DNA from: an uncultured delta proteobacterium
GTDB taxonomy: Bacteria; Myxococcota; Myxococcia; Myxococcales; Anaeromyxobacteraceae
Direction of reading: 5' to 3'
DNA: 64,000 bases
NCBI GenBank assembly: GCA_963766715.1
Contig: CAVYBH010000012.1
Coordinates: forward strand, 192,001 to 256,000
A model generated the notes under the pieces. The model had not been told where the DNA came from, did not search any database, and saw nothing but the letters and a program-made list of their open reading frames with translations. Shown piece after piece: positions 53,640-64,000 of this stretch (the first letter of the stretch is position 1; every line of letters begins with the position of its first letter). The translations under genes and the position numbers were made by a program.

Positions 53640-54832
53640 GCCAGGCATCGCTGGAGCTTCGCAAGGACCTGGCGCGCCACCTGCGCGCCGGCCACCCGTG
53701 GGTCTTCCGCAAGGCCATCGAGAAGGCCCCGCGAGGGCTCGACGCCGGGGCCATCGTCGACGTCGTGGAGGATGGCCGCTTCGTGGCCCGCGGCTACCAC
53801 GATCCCCACTCCGCCATCTCGGTCCGCATCCTCACCCGGGAGCCGGCCGAGGCGATCGACGCCGCGTTCTGGCGGAACCGGGTCCGGCGGGCGCTGGCGC
53901 TCCGCGACGACCTGGTGCGAGGGACCACCGGCTACCGGCTCGTGCACGGCGAGAACGACGGGCTCCCCGGCGTGGTCGCCGACCGCTACGGCGACTTCGT
54001 CGTCCTGAAGCTCTACTCGGCCGGGTTGACGCCGCACCGGGGCCACATCGTCGAGGCGCTGCGCCTCGAGGCGAAGGGGCTCGCCGGCGTCTTCGGGCGG
54101 GACGAGATCCCCCGCGACGAGGAGAGCGACGAGGCGGCGCCGCAAGGGAAGGTGCTGTGGGGCGCGGAGCCGCCCGAGCGGATCGAGATCGACGAGCACG
54201 GCATGAAGCTCCTCGTCGACGTGCGGCGCGGGCAGAAGACCGGGCTCTTCCTCGACCAGCGGGAGAACCGGAAGCTGGTGCGCGACCTGTCGGCAGGCCG
54301 CGGAGACGCGCTCAACCTCTTCGGCTACACGGGGGGGTTCTCGGTCGCTGCGGCGCTGGGAGGAGCGAAGCACGTGGTGACGATCGACGTGGACCGCGAC
54401 GCCATCGCGCTCGCGCGCGAGAACTTCCGCGTGAACGGGCTCGACCCGGCCGATCACGCCTTCGCCTCCGAGGACGCCTTCGAGATCCTGAAGCGCTACA
54501 AGGCGCAGGGCCGGCAGTTCGACCTGGTGGTCTGCGACCCGCCGGCCTTCGCCAAGTCGCAGAAGGCCGTGGAGGCCGCGATCGCGGGGTACGCCGCGCT
54601 CAACCGCGCCGCCCTGCACGTGCTCGCCCCCGGCGGCCTCCTCGTGACCGCCAGCTGCAGCGCCCGCGTGTCGCCCGAGCAGTTCCAGGACGCCGTGAAG
54701 GAGGCGGCCTACAAGACCCGCATCGACCTCCAGCTGGTCGAGGACCGGCGGCAGCCGCCCGACCATCCGGTGGCGCCCCAGTTCCGCGAGGGCCGGTATC
54801 TCAAGCTCTCCGTCTACCGGCGCTCCACCTAG
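53636..54832 (+). CDS. Class I SAM-dependent rRNA methyltransferase, RlmI-like
   Basis: PUA GHPWVF, GQKTGLFLDQRENR, LNLFGYTGGF, DPPAF, TASCS. Confidence 0.9.
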   Translation: MSQASLELRKDLARHLRAGHPWVFRKAIEKAPRGLDAGAIVDVVEDGRFVARGYHDPHSAISVRILTREPAEAIDAAFWRNRVRRALALRDDLVRGTTGYRLVHGENDGLPGVVADRYGDFVVLKLYSAGLTPHRGHIVEALRLEAKGLAGVFGRDEIPRDEESDEAAPQGKVLWGAEPPERIEIDEHGMKLLVDVRRGQKTGLFLDQRENRKLVRDLSAGRGDALNLFGYTGGFSVAAALGGAKHVVTIDVDRDAIALARENFRVNGLDPADHAFASEDAFEILKRYKAQGRQFDLVVCDPPAFAKSQKAVEAAIAGYAALNRAALHVLAPGGLLVTASCSARVSPEQFQDAVKEAAYKTRIDLQLVEDRRQPPDHPVAPQFREGRYLKLSVYRRST

Positions 54833-54848
54833 CCGGACGAGCCGTCCC

Positions 54849-55451
54849 GTGGTCCTCCCCGGCCAGTACCTGGAACGCCCCGCCCTCGTGGACGCGGACG
54901 GGGTGACGCTCGAGGCCCTCTCCCACCGGGGAGGGCGACCTCCGGCGCTGCTCCTCTGCCCGCCTCTCGAGGGCGAGGGAATGGACGCCCCGATGCTCGC
55001 CGAGATGGCCTGGGCGGCGGCCCGGGCGGGTCATGCGTCCCTGCGATTCCAGCACCGGGGGCGCGGTGCGTCGCAAGGGGCGCCTGACGCCGCGATGACG
55101 GGAGCCGACGCACGTGCGGCGCTCCAGCACCTGAAGGAGACGGCCGGGCCGCTGCTCGCCGTCGCCGGGCTGGGGAGCGGGTGCAGGACCGCGCTCGACG
55201 TGGCGGTGGGCGCTGGCCTGCGCCGCGCGGTGCTGGTGGCGCCGGCGGACGCGATGGCGGTGCCGCCGTCCCTCTGCGTGCTGGTGCTCCTGCCCGAGGC
55301 GGCGTCCGGCCCCGCGGTCGCCGCGCTCGCGGCGGGGGTGGCGCCCGGGGGCGGGCGGGTGGAGGTCGTGGACGGGGTGGACCCTGCCTTCCGTTCCGGG
55401 CTCGCGCGGGTGGCCGAGCGCGCCGTCGCGTTCGTCGGGTCTCGCGGCTAG
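54849..55451 (+). CDS. Alpha/beta-hydrolase-fold protein, catalytic residues apparently degenerate
   Basis: LLCPP..GMD, LRFQHRGRGASQG; elbow reads GLGSG. Confidence 0.7.
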   Translation: MVLPGQYLERPALVDADGVTLEALSHRGGRPPALLLCPPLEGEGMDAPMLAEMAWAAARAGHASLRFQHRGRGASQGAPDAAMTGADARAALQHLKETAGPLLAVAGLGSGCRTALDVAVGAGLRRAVLVAPADAMAVPPSLCVLVLLPEAASGPAVAALAAGVAPGGGRVEVVDGVDPAFRSGLARVAERAVAFVGSRG

Positions 55452-55465
55452 GCCGGCCGGACCGC

Positions 55466-56395
55466 TCAGGGCGCGGGCGCGCGAAGGAGGGCCAGCGCGC
55501 CCCAGAGGAGCACCCCGACGAGCGCCACCGCGAGCCAGGCGGGCGGGACGCGCAGGGGGTTGAAGCGGATGGACGGGTCGGCCGGGTCGATCCGGGCCAG
55601 GTCGCCGTCGCTGGGAGGAGGCGCCGGTGTCGCCCGCAGCCAGGCGAGCGCGAGCGGCGCGAGGGATCCCATCCCCACGGCGACGAGCGCGAGTGCCGCG
55701 GCGACGCTGCCCTCCGCCCCGGGGTCCCCGGCCCCGGTCAGCACCGCGATCGACCCGAGGCCGTTGTTCACGGCGTGCGCGGCCACCGCCGGCCAGAGCG
55801 AACCCGACCGCCAGGCGAGCCATCCCAGGAACGCTCCCAGGAAGAGCACCGCCGGGAGCCGCACCGGGTCGAGGTGCATCGCCGCGAACAGGACCGACGA
55901 GGCGGCGATGGCCGCACCGGGGCGGAGGTGGGTGCGGAGCGCGGAGAGCACGTATCCACGGAAGGCCACCTCCTCCGCGAGAGGGGCGAGCAGGGACGCG
56001 ATGAGCGCCATGGCCAGCTGCTCGCGGGCCGAGCCCTGGAAGAGGTGGGTGACGTCGAAGGTCTCCACCCAGGCTCGCGGGACGAGGAGGGTGGTGAGGG
56101 ACATGATCCCGCTCGCAGCCAGGAAGAGGGCCAGTCCGGTGGCGGCGCCGAGGAGGACCTGGCGCATGGAGGGGCGCCGGGCGAGCAGGAGGAACCGGCT
56201 GGGGAGCAGGTTCGAGCCGCTCGCCGCGATGATGGAAGGGAGCAGGAAGACGAAGAGCTCGGTCCAGATCAGGCCGCCGGCGGGCGAAAAGCCCTGGGCC
56301 GTGCCGCCCAGGCCCACGTAGAGGACCATCAGGGCGAGAAAGAACCCCAGGGCGCTCTTCGAGGGGGGCGCGATATCGGCAGGTGCGCTGTCCAC
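55466..56395 (-). CDS. CPBP (Abi/CAAX protease-like) intramembrane metalloprotease
   Basis: [22 protein letters not shown]. Confidence 0.88.
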   Translation of the reverse strand: MDSAPADIAPPSKSALGFFLALMVLYVGLGGTAQGFSPAGGLIWTELFVFLLPSIIAASGSNLLPSRFLLLARRPSMRQVLLGAATGLALFLAASGIMSLTTLLVPRAWVETFDVTHLFQGSAREQLAMALIASLLAPLAEEVAFRGYVLSALRTHLRPGAAIAASSVLFAAMHLDPVRLPAVLFLGAFLGWLAWRSGSLWPAVAAHAVNNGLGSIAVLTGAGDPGAEGSVAAALALVAVGMGSLAPLALAWLRATPAPPPSDGDLARIDPADPSIRFNPLRVPPAWLAVALVGVLLWGALALLRAPAP

Positions 56396-56423
56396 GGGTC
56401 GGGAACATGATAGTGGAAAGTCG

Positions 56424-57645
56424 ATGGCCAACCTTCGCGACCTGACCGTGATCCTGGGCGTGGGCGGCGGGATCGCCGCCTACAAGGGGTGCGAGATCGT
56501 CCGCCTCCTCGTGAAGGGCGGGGCGTCGGTCCACGTCGTCATGACCCCGAACGCCACCCGGTTCGTGGGACCGCTCACGTTCCAGGCCCTCTCGGGCCAC
56601 CCCGTGCTCGTCGACCTCCTCGATCCGGCCTCGGACGCCTCGTACGGGCACCTCGAGCTGGCACGGAAGGCCGACCTGCTCCTCGTCGCTCCGGCCACCG
56701 CCGACCTGCTGGCTCGCCTTCGCGCCGGGATGGGGGACGACGCCGTGACCACGACGGCGCTGGCCTGCACCTGCCCGGTGCTGCTCGCTCCGGCGATGAA
56801 CACCCGCATGTGGGAGGGGCCGGCCGTCCAGGAGAACCTGGCGGTGCTGCGCGGCCGAGGCTGGCACGTGGTGGGGCCGGCCAGCGGCGAGCTCGCCGAT
56901 GGCGACGTCGGGGAGGGACGGCTCGCCGATCCGGCCGACGTGGTCGCCGCGGCGGTCCGCGTCCTCGGGCCCCGGGATCTCGACGGGCCGCCGGGTCCTC
57001 GTGACCGCCGGACCGACCCGGGAGCCGATCGATCCGGTTCGCCACCTCTCCAATCCCTCCACCGGGAAGATGGGCTTCGAGGTGGCGCGCGCCGCCGCCC
57101 GCCGGGGCGCCGACGTGCTGCTCGTGTCCGGACCCACCGCGCTTCGCGACCCGGAGGGCGTCCGCGTGGTCCGGGTCTCCACGGCCGAGGAGATGGCCGC
57201 AGCGGTCCTGGGCGCCGCGGGCGATCAGGACCTGCTCGTGGCCGCCGCCGCGGTGTCCGACTACCGGCCCCGCGCGCCGCTCGCGGCGAAGAAGAAGAAG
57301 TCCGAGGGCGCGGAGTCGATCGAGCTCGAGCGGACGCCCGACATCCTGGCCACGCTCGGCGAGCGCCTGGCGGGTCGCCCCCATTCCCCGGTGCTGGTGG
57401 GGTTCGCCGCCGAGACCGAGGACCTGGTCCCGAACGCCCGCGAGAAGCTCCGTCGCAAGCGGTGCGACCTCGTCGTCGCAAACTCCGTCGGCGCGCCGGG
57501 GGCGGGCTTCGGGTCCGACCGGAACCGCGTGTCGCTGGTCGGACCGGCCGAGGTCGAGGAGATCGAGGGCACGAAGGGCGCCGTGGCCGACACCATCCTC
57601 AATCGCGTGGTTCCCCTCGTCGACGCGCGCCGTCCCCGGTCATGA
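56424..57645 (+). CDS. coaBC: Bifunctional CoaBC (frameshift near 56985)
   Basis: [55 protein letters not shown]. Confidence 0.93.
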
Positions 57646-58457
57646 GTGGAGATCCGGTCATCCCGGCAGAGGCGGCCGAGGCGGCGGCGGAAGCGCTGCG
57701 CCACCTCTGGTGGCTGCGCGACTCGGGCGTCCGGGAGATCTCCACCGAGCGCCCTGCAGGAGCTGCGTCCCCCCAGGCCGCGTCGCTCGCGGCGCCGGTC
57801 GCGGAGGCCCTCCCCGTCGAGAGCCCGGCCCTTGCGGTCCCCAGAGGTCCCGGGGCGGGCGGGAGCTACGCGCTCTCCGACAAGGGATGCGGGAGCGAGC
57901 CGCTGCTCGCCATCCGCGCCGAGCTGGGCGAGTGCACCCGCTGCAAGCTCCACGGCGGGCGGACCCATCTCGTCTTCGGCGTGGGGAATCCCTCCGCCAG
58001 CCTGGTCTTCGTCGGAGAGGGACCGGGCGCCGACGAGGACCAGCAAGGAGAGCCGTTCGTCGGCCGCGCCGGGCAGCTCCTCACGAAGATGATCGAGGCC
58101 ATGGGCTTCGCCCGCTCCGAGGTCTACATCGCCAACGTCGTGAAGTGCCGGCCGCCGGGGAACCGCGACCCGGAGCCCGACGAGATCGAGGCCTGCGAGC
58201 CGTACCTCAAGGCCCAGATCGCGGCGATCCGGCCGCGGGTCATCGTGGCGCTCGGGCGCTTCGCGGTGCAGACCCTGCTGAAGGACACCACCGCGATCAG
58301 CCGGCAACGCGGCCGGTGGCGCGAGTACGAGGGCGTGAAGCTCATGCCCACCTTCCACCCGGCCTACCTGCTCCGGAACCCCGCCGAGAAGAAGCCGGCG
58401 TGGGAAGATCTCCAGCTCGTCATGAAGGAGTTCGGGAAGTCCCTTCCTTCGAGGTGA
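57642..58457 (+). CDS. Family 4 uracil-DNA glycosylase
   Basis: [36 protein letters not shown]. Confidence 0.92.
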   Translation: MSGDPVIPAEAAEAAAEALRHLWWLRDSGVREISTERPAGAASPQAASLAAPVAEALPVESPALAVPRGPGAGGSYALSDKGCGSEPLLAIRAELGECTRCKLHGGRTHLVFGVGNPSASLVFVGEGPGADEDQQGEPFVGRAGQLLTKMIEAMGFARSEVYIANVVKCRPPGNRDPEPDEIEACEPYLKAQIAAIRPRVIVALGRFAVQTLLKDTTAISRQRGRWREYEGVKLMPTFHPAYLLRNPAEKKPAWEDLQLVMKEFGKSLPSR

Positions 58458-59841
58458 ACGTGCGTCGCGACTCGATCTGGACGCGCCCCCTTCGCTCGCT
58501 CCTCCCGGCGGCCCTCGCCGCGGTGGCGATGGCGCGTGATCGGCACGGGCCAGGCCGTCGAGCCCGAGCGGCCGCGCGTCCTCGTCCTCGAGGTGAAGGC
58601 CCCCATCACCACCGGCACCGCGGAGTACGTGGAGACCGGGCTCGCGCGGGCCAAGGCCGAGGGATTCCAGGCGGTGGCCATCGAGCTCGACACGCCCGGA
58701 GGCCACCTGGAGGCGACCCGCGAGATCGTGCAGCGGATGCTCGCGAGCGACGTGCCCGTCGTCGTCTGGGTGGGTCCGGCGGGAGCCCGGGCCGCGTCCG
58801 CGGGCGTGTTCATCACGCATGGCGGCCGACGTCGCCGCCATGCACCCGGCGTCGAACATCGGGGCGGCCCATCCGGTCCTCTCCGGGGGCGAGGACGTCG
58901 AGAAGCAGGCCGGGAAGGACATGGCCCGCAAGGTGGAGAACGACACGGCCGCCTTCGCCCGGAGCATCGCCACGGCTCGCGGCCGCAACGCCGAGTGGGC
59001 CGAGAAGGCGGTCCGGGAGAGCGTCTCGGCCACCGCCGACGAGGCGCGCAAGCTCCGGATCGTCGACGGGGTGGCGCCGGACCTCGCGTCCGCGCTGGCC
59101 CTCGCCGACGGGCGGACGGCCTCCCGTGCCACGGGCGCGCAGGTCATCCGCAGCCGGGACGCCGCGCTCGTCCCCGCCGCGATGACGGTGCGGCAGCGCA
59201 CGCTCGCCTTCCTGTCCGACCCCAACGTGATCGCCGTCCTCATGATGCTGGGGACGCTGGGGATCGCCCTCGAGTTCTATCACCCGGGCGGGATCGTCCC
59301 GGGCGCGCTGGGCGCCTTCTTCCTCTTGCTCGCCTTCCTCTCCATGAAGGTCATCCCGGTGAACGTCGGGGCGCTCGTGCTGATCCTGGCCGGCGTCGCC
59401 CTGCTGGTCGTCGAGGGGTACGTGACCACCCACGGCATCGCCGGCCTGGCCGGGGCGGCGCTGCTCGGGATCGGGACCCTCTTCTTCATCGACCGGAGCT
59501 CCGCCGAGTACCGGTTCGATCCGGCGCTCCTGACCCTCTCTCCGTGGGTGGTGTGGCCCACGCCAATCGCGCTCGCCGGGGTCCTGGGCTTCGTGGGGTG
59601 GAAGGTGGCCCGCACCCGGCGGGAGAAGCTGCGGGTGGGTGCCCCCGGCATGGTGGGGGAGATCGGGCAGGTGACGAGCGAGGTGGGGCCCGACGCGGGC
59701 GAGGTCTTCGTGCACGGGGAGCTCTGGGCGGCGCGGTCGCCGGAGGCCATCCCGCGCGGGGAGTACGTCCGGGTCCGGGAGGTCGTGGGGCTGGTGCTCC
59801 AGGTCGAGCCCAGGCCCCGGCTGCACGGTGTATTGCCTTGA
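58454..59841 (+). CDS. nfeD: Long-form NfeD membrane serine protease (frameshifts near 58535 and 58818)
   Basis: ELDTPGG, AASAG, IGAAHP, KVEND, TM region, C-terminal OB fold GELWAA. Confidence 0.88.
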
Positions 59842-59878
59842 GTGAAGTCCGGGGTTGCCCCGGGGAGGAGGACGTCGA

Positions 59879-60632
59879 ATGCCTGCACTCGGTCTGCTGA
59901 TCCCGGTGGCGCTCGTCGCCGGGTGGTTCGCGCTCGGGCTGCGCATCATCAACGAGTACGAGAACGGCGTGGTGCTCCGCCTGGGGCGCTACGTCGGCCT
60001 GCGCACCGCCGGGCTCAAGTGGATCGTCCCGTTCATCGACCGGATGATCATCATCGACATGCGCGTCACCGCGGAGCAGGTGCCGCCCCAGGACGTCATC
60101 ACCCGCGACAACGTCTCGGTGAAGGTGAACGCCGTCATCTACTTCCGGGTGGTCGAGGCCAGCCAGGCCTTCCTGCAGGTGACCGACTTCCTCTTCGCCA
60201 CCAGCCAGTTCGCCCAGACCACGCTGCGCTCGGTGCTCGGCCAGGTGGAGCTCGACGACCTGCTCTCCCAGCGCGACAAGATCAACCGGCAGCTGCAGGA
60301 GATCATCGACCGGCACACCGAGCCCTGGGGCGTGAAGGTGACCGCGGTGGAGGTGAAGCAGGTCGACCTGCCGGAGGAGATGCGGCGTTCCATGGCCGGC
60401 CAGGCCGAGGCCGAGCGGGAGCGGCGCGCCAAGATCATCGCCGCCGAGGGCGAGCTCCAGGCCGCCACCAAGCTGGGGGAGGCCGCCGACATCATCGCCC
60501 GCTCGCCCGGGCGCGCTCCAGCTGCGCTACCTCCAGACGCTCGTCGAGATCTCCTCCGACAAGGGGACGAACGTCGTCTTCCCCCTGCCCCTGGACCTCA
60601 TCCGGCCGTTCCTGGAGTCGAAGCAGAAGTAG
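59879..60632 (+). CDS. Stomatin-like SPFH (slipin) protein (frameshift near 60512)
   Basis: [43 protein letters not shown]. Confidence 0.92.
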
Positions 60633-60707
60633 CCGGCCGGTCGAAATAGGGCGCGCCGGCGGGCGTAGGACTCGGGCCGGCGCGACCCGCGCCGAGGAGG
60701 AAGCCCC

Positions 60708-61517
60708 ATGCTCCGTCCGTCGATCCTGGCCGTCGTCGTCGTCGCCGCCGCACTGCCCGCGCTGGCCCGGGCCGCGCCCGTCTCCACGCCCGTCCCGGTC
60801 ACGGGCGGCTTCGAGACCGTCTCATCGCGAGGGGACTTCGACGTGCAGGTCCGGGAGGGGAGCCCGGCTTCCGTGGAGATCGTGGGCGAGCCCGGGATGG
60901 CCGAGCGCATCCGGGTCGAGGTGACCGGCGACGAGCTGCGCCTCTCCCGCCAGAAGGAGCACGACTCGGCGAAGGGGGTCCTCGTGAAGGTGGTGCTGCC
61001 CCACTTCCGCGGCCTCTCGGTGGGCGGGAGCGGGAAGGGGACGGCGGAATCGGGCGGCTCGCCCCGCGACGTGAGCCTCGCCGTGAGCGGGTCGGGCGAC
61101 CTGGCGTGGAAGGGCGTCGCGGCGGCCCTGGAGCTGGGGGTCTCCGGCTCCGGCTCGCTGCGAGCCGAGGGCCCGTCGTCGCGGCTGTCCGCCGGCGTGT
61201 CCGGATCGGGCCAGCTCGCGGTGAGCGGCGACACCGGGAACGCCAGCGTGTCGGTGTCGGGCTCGGGAGACGTCAAGCTCGCGGGAAAGGGAGAGAGCCT
61301 GAAGGTGGCCGTCTCCGGGTCCGGCGGCGTCGACGCCAAGGGGTTCGCGGTGAAGGACGCCACGGTCTCCGTGGCCGGGTCCGGGGACGTCGACGTCCGG
61401 CTCGCCGGGGGGACCCTGAGCGCGCAGATCGCCGGGTCGGGGAACGTGAACTGGACGGGCGAGGGGAAGGTGGGGTCGGTCGCCACCGCCGGCTCGGGCC
61501 GGGTGCGGCAGCGCTGA
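60708..61517 (+). CDS. Secreted head-GIN (DUF2807) repeat protein
   Basis: Signal peptide; repeated xVSGSGxx beta-solenoid units. Confidence 0.85.
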   Translation: MLRPSILAVVVVAAALPALARAAPVSTPVPVTGGFETVSSRGDFDVQVREGSPASVEIVGEPGMAERIRVEVTGDELRLSRQKEHDSAKGVLVKVVLPHFRGLSVGGSGKGTAESGGSPRDVSLAVSGSGDLAWKGVAAALELGVSGSGSLRAEGPSSRLSAGVSGSGQLAVSGDTGNASVSVSGSGDVKLAGKGESLKVAVSGSGGVDAKGFAVKDATVSVAGSGDVDVRLAGGTLSAQIAGSGNVNWTGEGKVGSVATAGSGRVRQR

Positions 61518-61531
61518 GCGCCCGCGGGCCG

Positions 61532-62440
61532 CTAGAGGCTCGCGCGGATCTCGCCAGAGGCGTCCGACCAGGCCCGCGCCATGGCCGGGGTGTTGAACGC
61601 GAAGCCGGGCACGCCCACCGGGCCGACCACGATGACCCCGCCACTCCCGCGCACGCGCTCCCCGAGCACCCGGATCCCCGCCTCGGCCGCCTCGCCCGCG
61701 CTCCGCCCGGCGCCGACGAGGTCGGCGACGTGGCGAGCGAGCGTCACGCGGATGATCCGCTCCCCCTCGCCGGTGGCGGACACCGCAGCCAGCCGGTCGT
61801 CGGCGTAGGTGCCGGCGCCGATGAGGGGCGAGTCGCCCACCCGGCCGGGCCGCTTCAGGAAGGTCCCGCCGGTGGAGGTGGCCGCGGCGAGGTGTCCCCG
61901 CGCATCCCGGGCCACCGCGCCGATGGTTCCCCCGCCGGCCGCGACCGGCTTCACCCCCCGGGCCGCGTCGAACCGGGCCCGCTGGTGGGGAGTCACGAGC
62001 CGCTCGTTCGGCCAGGCCGGGATCCCCGACTCGCGGGCGTAGCCCGAGGCGCCCTCGCCCACGAGCAGCACGTGCCCGGAATGCTCGAGCACGGCGCGGG
62101 CCAGCAGCACCGGGTTCTTCACGTCGCGCACGCAGGCCACGGCGCCGGCGGCGAGCGTGGCGCCGTCCATGAGCGAGGCGTCCAGCTCGACCTGGCCGGT
62201 GGCGGTGAGGGTGGCGCCGGTCCCGGCGTTGAAGGTGGGGTCGTCCTCCAGCATCGACGCGGCGAGGGTCACCGCGTCGAGCGCGCTTCCCCCGCGTCGC
62301 AGCAGTTCCCAGGCCGCGGCTGCGGCCCGTCCCACCCCCTCGCACCGGGGCGCATCGGGCCCGAGCCCGGAGGTCCCGGAGTCGTCGAGGGCGCCGGCGC
62401 CGCCGTGAACGGCGATGGCAGGGAGGAAGGGTTCGCTCAT
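61532..62440 (-). CDS. Isoaspartyl peptidase / L-asparaginase (Ntn hydrolase)
   Basis: IAVHGGAG, FNAG, ELDASLMDG, GTIGAVA, TSTGG, GRVGDSP, TGEGE. Confidence 0.93.
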   Translation of the reverse strand: MSEPFLPAIAVHGGAGALDDSGTSGLGPDAPRCEGVGRAAAAAWELLRRGGSALDAVTLAASMLEDDPTFNAGTGATLTATGQVELDASLMDGATLAAGAVACVRDVKNPVLLARAVLEHSGHVLLVGEGASGYARESGIPAWPNERLVTPHQRARFDAARGVKPVAAGGGTIGAVARDARGHLAAATSTGGTFLKRPGRVGDSPLIGAGTYADDRLAAVSATGEGERIIRVTLARHVADLVGAGRSAGEAAEAGIRVLGERVRGSGGVIVVGPVGVPGFAFNTPAMARAWSDASGEIRASL

Positions 62441-62490
62441 GGCCGCCGGAGACTAACCGCCCCGCCCGCTGGCGCAAGGCACTTCTCGCC

Positions 62491-62520
62491 TTGACGGTCC
62501 GACCGGGTCCTTCCTATGGT
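62491..62520 (+). promoter_or_regulatory. Sigma70-like promoter for the thiolase operon
   Basis: TTGACG-N18-TATGGT. Confidence 0.55.
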
Positions 62521-62564
62521 CGGCAACCCCCAGGCGAGACGGGGATCCCCAAGCGAGGTCCTGC

Positions 62565-63749
62565 ATGTCCGGACGTGAAGTGGTCATCGTCGGCGCGGCG
62601 CGTACCCCCATCGGTTCCTTCCTGGGAAGCCTGGCCGCGGTCCCGGCCCCGCGCCTGGGTGCGGTCGCCATCCGCGCCGCGCTGGCGCGCGCCGGCGTCG
62701 ACCCGGCCGCGGTCGACGAGGTGGTGATGGGCAACGTCCTCCAGGCGGGCGTGGGCCAGGCTCCCGCGCGCCAGGCGGCCCGCTACGCCGGCATCCCCGA
62801 CGGAACGCCGGCCTGGACGCTCAACAAGGTCTGCGGCTCCGGGCTGAAGGCGGTCATCAGCGCGGCGCAGGCCATCGCGCTCGGCGACGCCGAGGTCATG
62901 GTGGCGGGGGGCATGGAGTCGATGTCCAACGTCCCGTACTACGACACCAAGCAGCGCACCGGGTCGCGCATGGGCAACGTCGCGCTCGTCGACGGCATGG
63001 TCCACGACGGGCTCACCGACGCCTACGACGGCGTCCACATGGGCGTCTGCGCCGAGGCGACCGCCGAGAAGTTCGCCATCACCCGCGCCGCCCAGGACGA
63101 GTTCTCCGTGGCATCCACGCAGAAGGCCATCGACGCGCAGAAGGGCGGGCGCTTCGCGAAGGAGATCGTGCCGGTCGAGATCGAGGGGAAGAAGGGCGAG
63201 AAGACCGTCGTCTCCGAGGACGACGGCCCGAAGAACGCCCGCCCCGAGAAGATCGCGTCCCTGAAGCCCGTCTTCAAGAAGGACGGAACGGTCACCGCCG
63301 CGAACGCCTCGTCGATCAACGACGGCGCCGCCGCCCTGGTGCTCATGACCGCGGAGCGGGCGAAGCGGGAGGGGCGGCCCGTGCTGGCGCGCCTGGTGGC
63401 CTGGGGAGGTGCGGCGCGCGCCCCGGCCGAGTTCACCATCGCCCCGGCCGACGCGATCAAGAAGACGCTGGACCGGGCCGGCCTCACGACGAAGGACATC
63501 GACCTCTGGGAGCTGAACGAGGCCTTCGCGGTGGTCTCGCTCGCCAACATGCAGCTCCTCGGGCTGGACGGGAAGAACGTCGACGTGAACGGGGGCGCGG
63601 TGTGCCTCGGCCACCCCATCGGCGCCTCCGGCGCGCGCATCCTGGTCACGCTGCTCCACGCCCTCGAGCAGCAGGGCAAGAAGCGAGGGGTCGCCAGCCT
63701 CTGCATCGGCGGCGGCGAGGCGATCGCGCTCGTGGTGGAGCGTCCATGA
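62565..63749 (+). CDS. Acetyl-CoA C-acetyltransferase (thiolase)
   Basis: [30 protein letters not shown]. Confidence 0.95.
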   Translation: MSGREVVIVGAARTPIGSFLGSLAAVPAPRLGAVAIRAALARAGVDPAAVDEVVMGNVLQAGVGQAPARQAARYAGIPDGTPAWTLNKVCGSGLKAVISAAQAIALGDAEVMVAGGMESMSNVPYYDTKQRTGSRMGNVALVDGMVHDGLTDAYDGVHMGVCAEATAEKFAITRAAQDEFSVASTQKAIDAQKGGRFAKEIVPVEIEGKKGEKTVVSEDDGPKNARPEKIASLKPVFKKDGTVTAANASSINDGAAALVLMTAERAKREGRPVLARLVAWGGAARAPAEFTIAPADAIKKTLDRAGLTTKDIDLWELNEAFAVVSLANMQLLGLDGKNVDVNGGAVCLGHPIGASGARILVTLLHALEQQGKKRGVASLCIGGGEAIALVVERP

Positions 63750-64000
63750 ACAAGGTCTTCCCGAGCGCGGCGGCGGCGGTGGCCGACGTCCCCGACGGCG
63801 CCACCCTGCTGGTCGGCGGCTTCGGCCTGTGCGGCAACCCCGAGAACCTGATCACGGCCCTCCACGACAAGGGCGTGAAGGACCTCACCATCGTCTCGAA
63901 CAACTGCGGCACCACCGACGAGGGGCTCGGCGTCCTGCTCCAGTCCCGCCAGATCCGGAAGATGGTCTCCTCGTACGTGGGGGAGAACAAGGTCTTCGAG
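63746..64000 (+). CDS. 3-oxoacid CoA-transferase subunit A (3'-partial)
   Basis: [31 protein letters not shown]. Confidence 0.9.
   Translation, partial: MNKVFPSAAAAVADVPDGATLLVGGFGLCGNPENLITALHDKGVKDLTIVSNNCGTTDEGLGVLLQSRQIRKMVSSYVGENKVFE

Noticed and set aside
56424..58457. CoaC-uracil-DNA glycosylase fusion (677 aa)
   Set aside because: One frameshift near 56985 restores a normal coaBC followed by a separate glycosylase gene
60830..61500. Repeated TCCGG/TCGGG units
   Set aside because: These encode the SGSG repeats of a DUF2807 protein; not CRISPR or a DNA element

Overview
Very GC-rich core-genome segment of a myxobacterium, most likely Anaeromyxobacter-like (inferred from romR, frzS, an ECF12-like sigma factor and gene order). 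It has about 55 genes: purL-purQ, moeA, rnr, a liv-type ABC cluster, a sigma54-controlled TolC/MFP/RND module with its two-component system and a porin, mutS2, namZ, nadD, a ClpA/C-type ATPase, DGC/cheW/romR, valS-nadC-birA-coaX, murJ, frzS/anti-sigma/ECF, radical SAM-rlmI, coaBC-udg, nfeD-stomatin, a thiolase and a partial CoA-transferase. Many genes, including essential ones, are broken by small indels, most likely assembly errors, so those coordinates are reconstructions. I saw no rRNA, tRNA, CRISPR array or IS element. The most notable signal is a B12-binding-type radical SAM gene (6155->4740, minus strand). Its apparent stop is an in-frame UGA within W-F-C-[UGA]-A-E-P, followed by a SECIS-like hairpin, so it is probably a selenoprotein with a CUAEP tail. 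It lies 7 bp downstream of yggX and tail-to-tail with an uncharacterised ATP-grasp ligase. Other signals read directly from the DNA: a sigma54 promoter with two phased palindromic activator sites, a probable autoregulatory ECF promoter, a recurring leaderless promoter layout, and a histone-H1-like tail on ValS.
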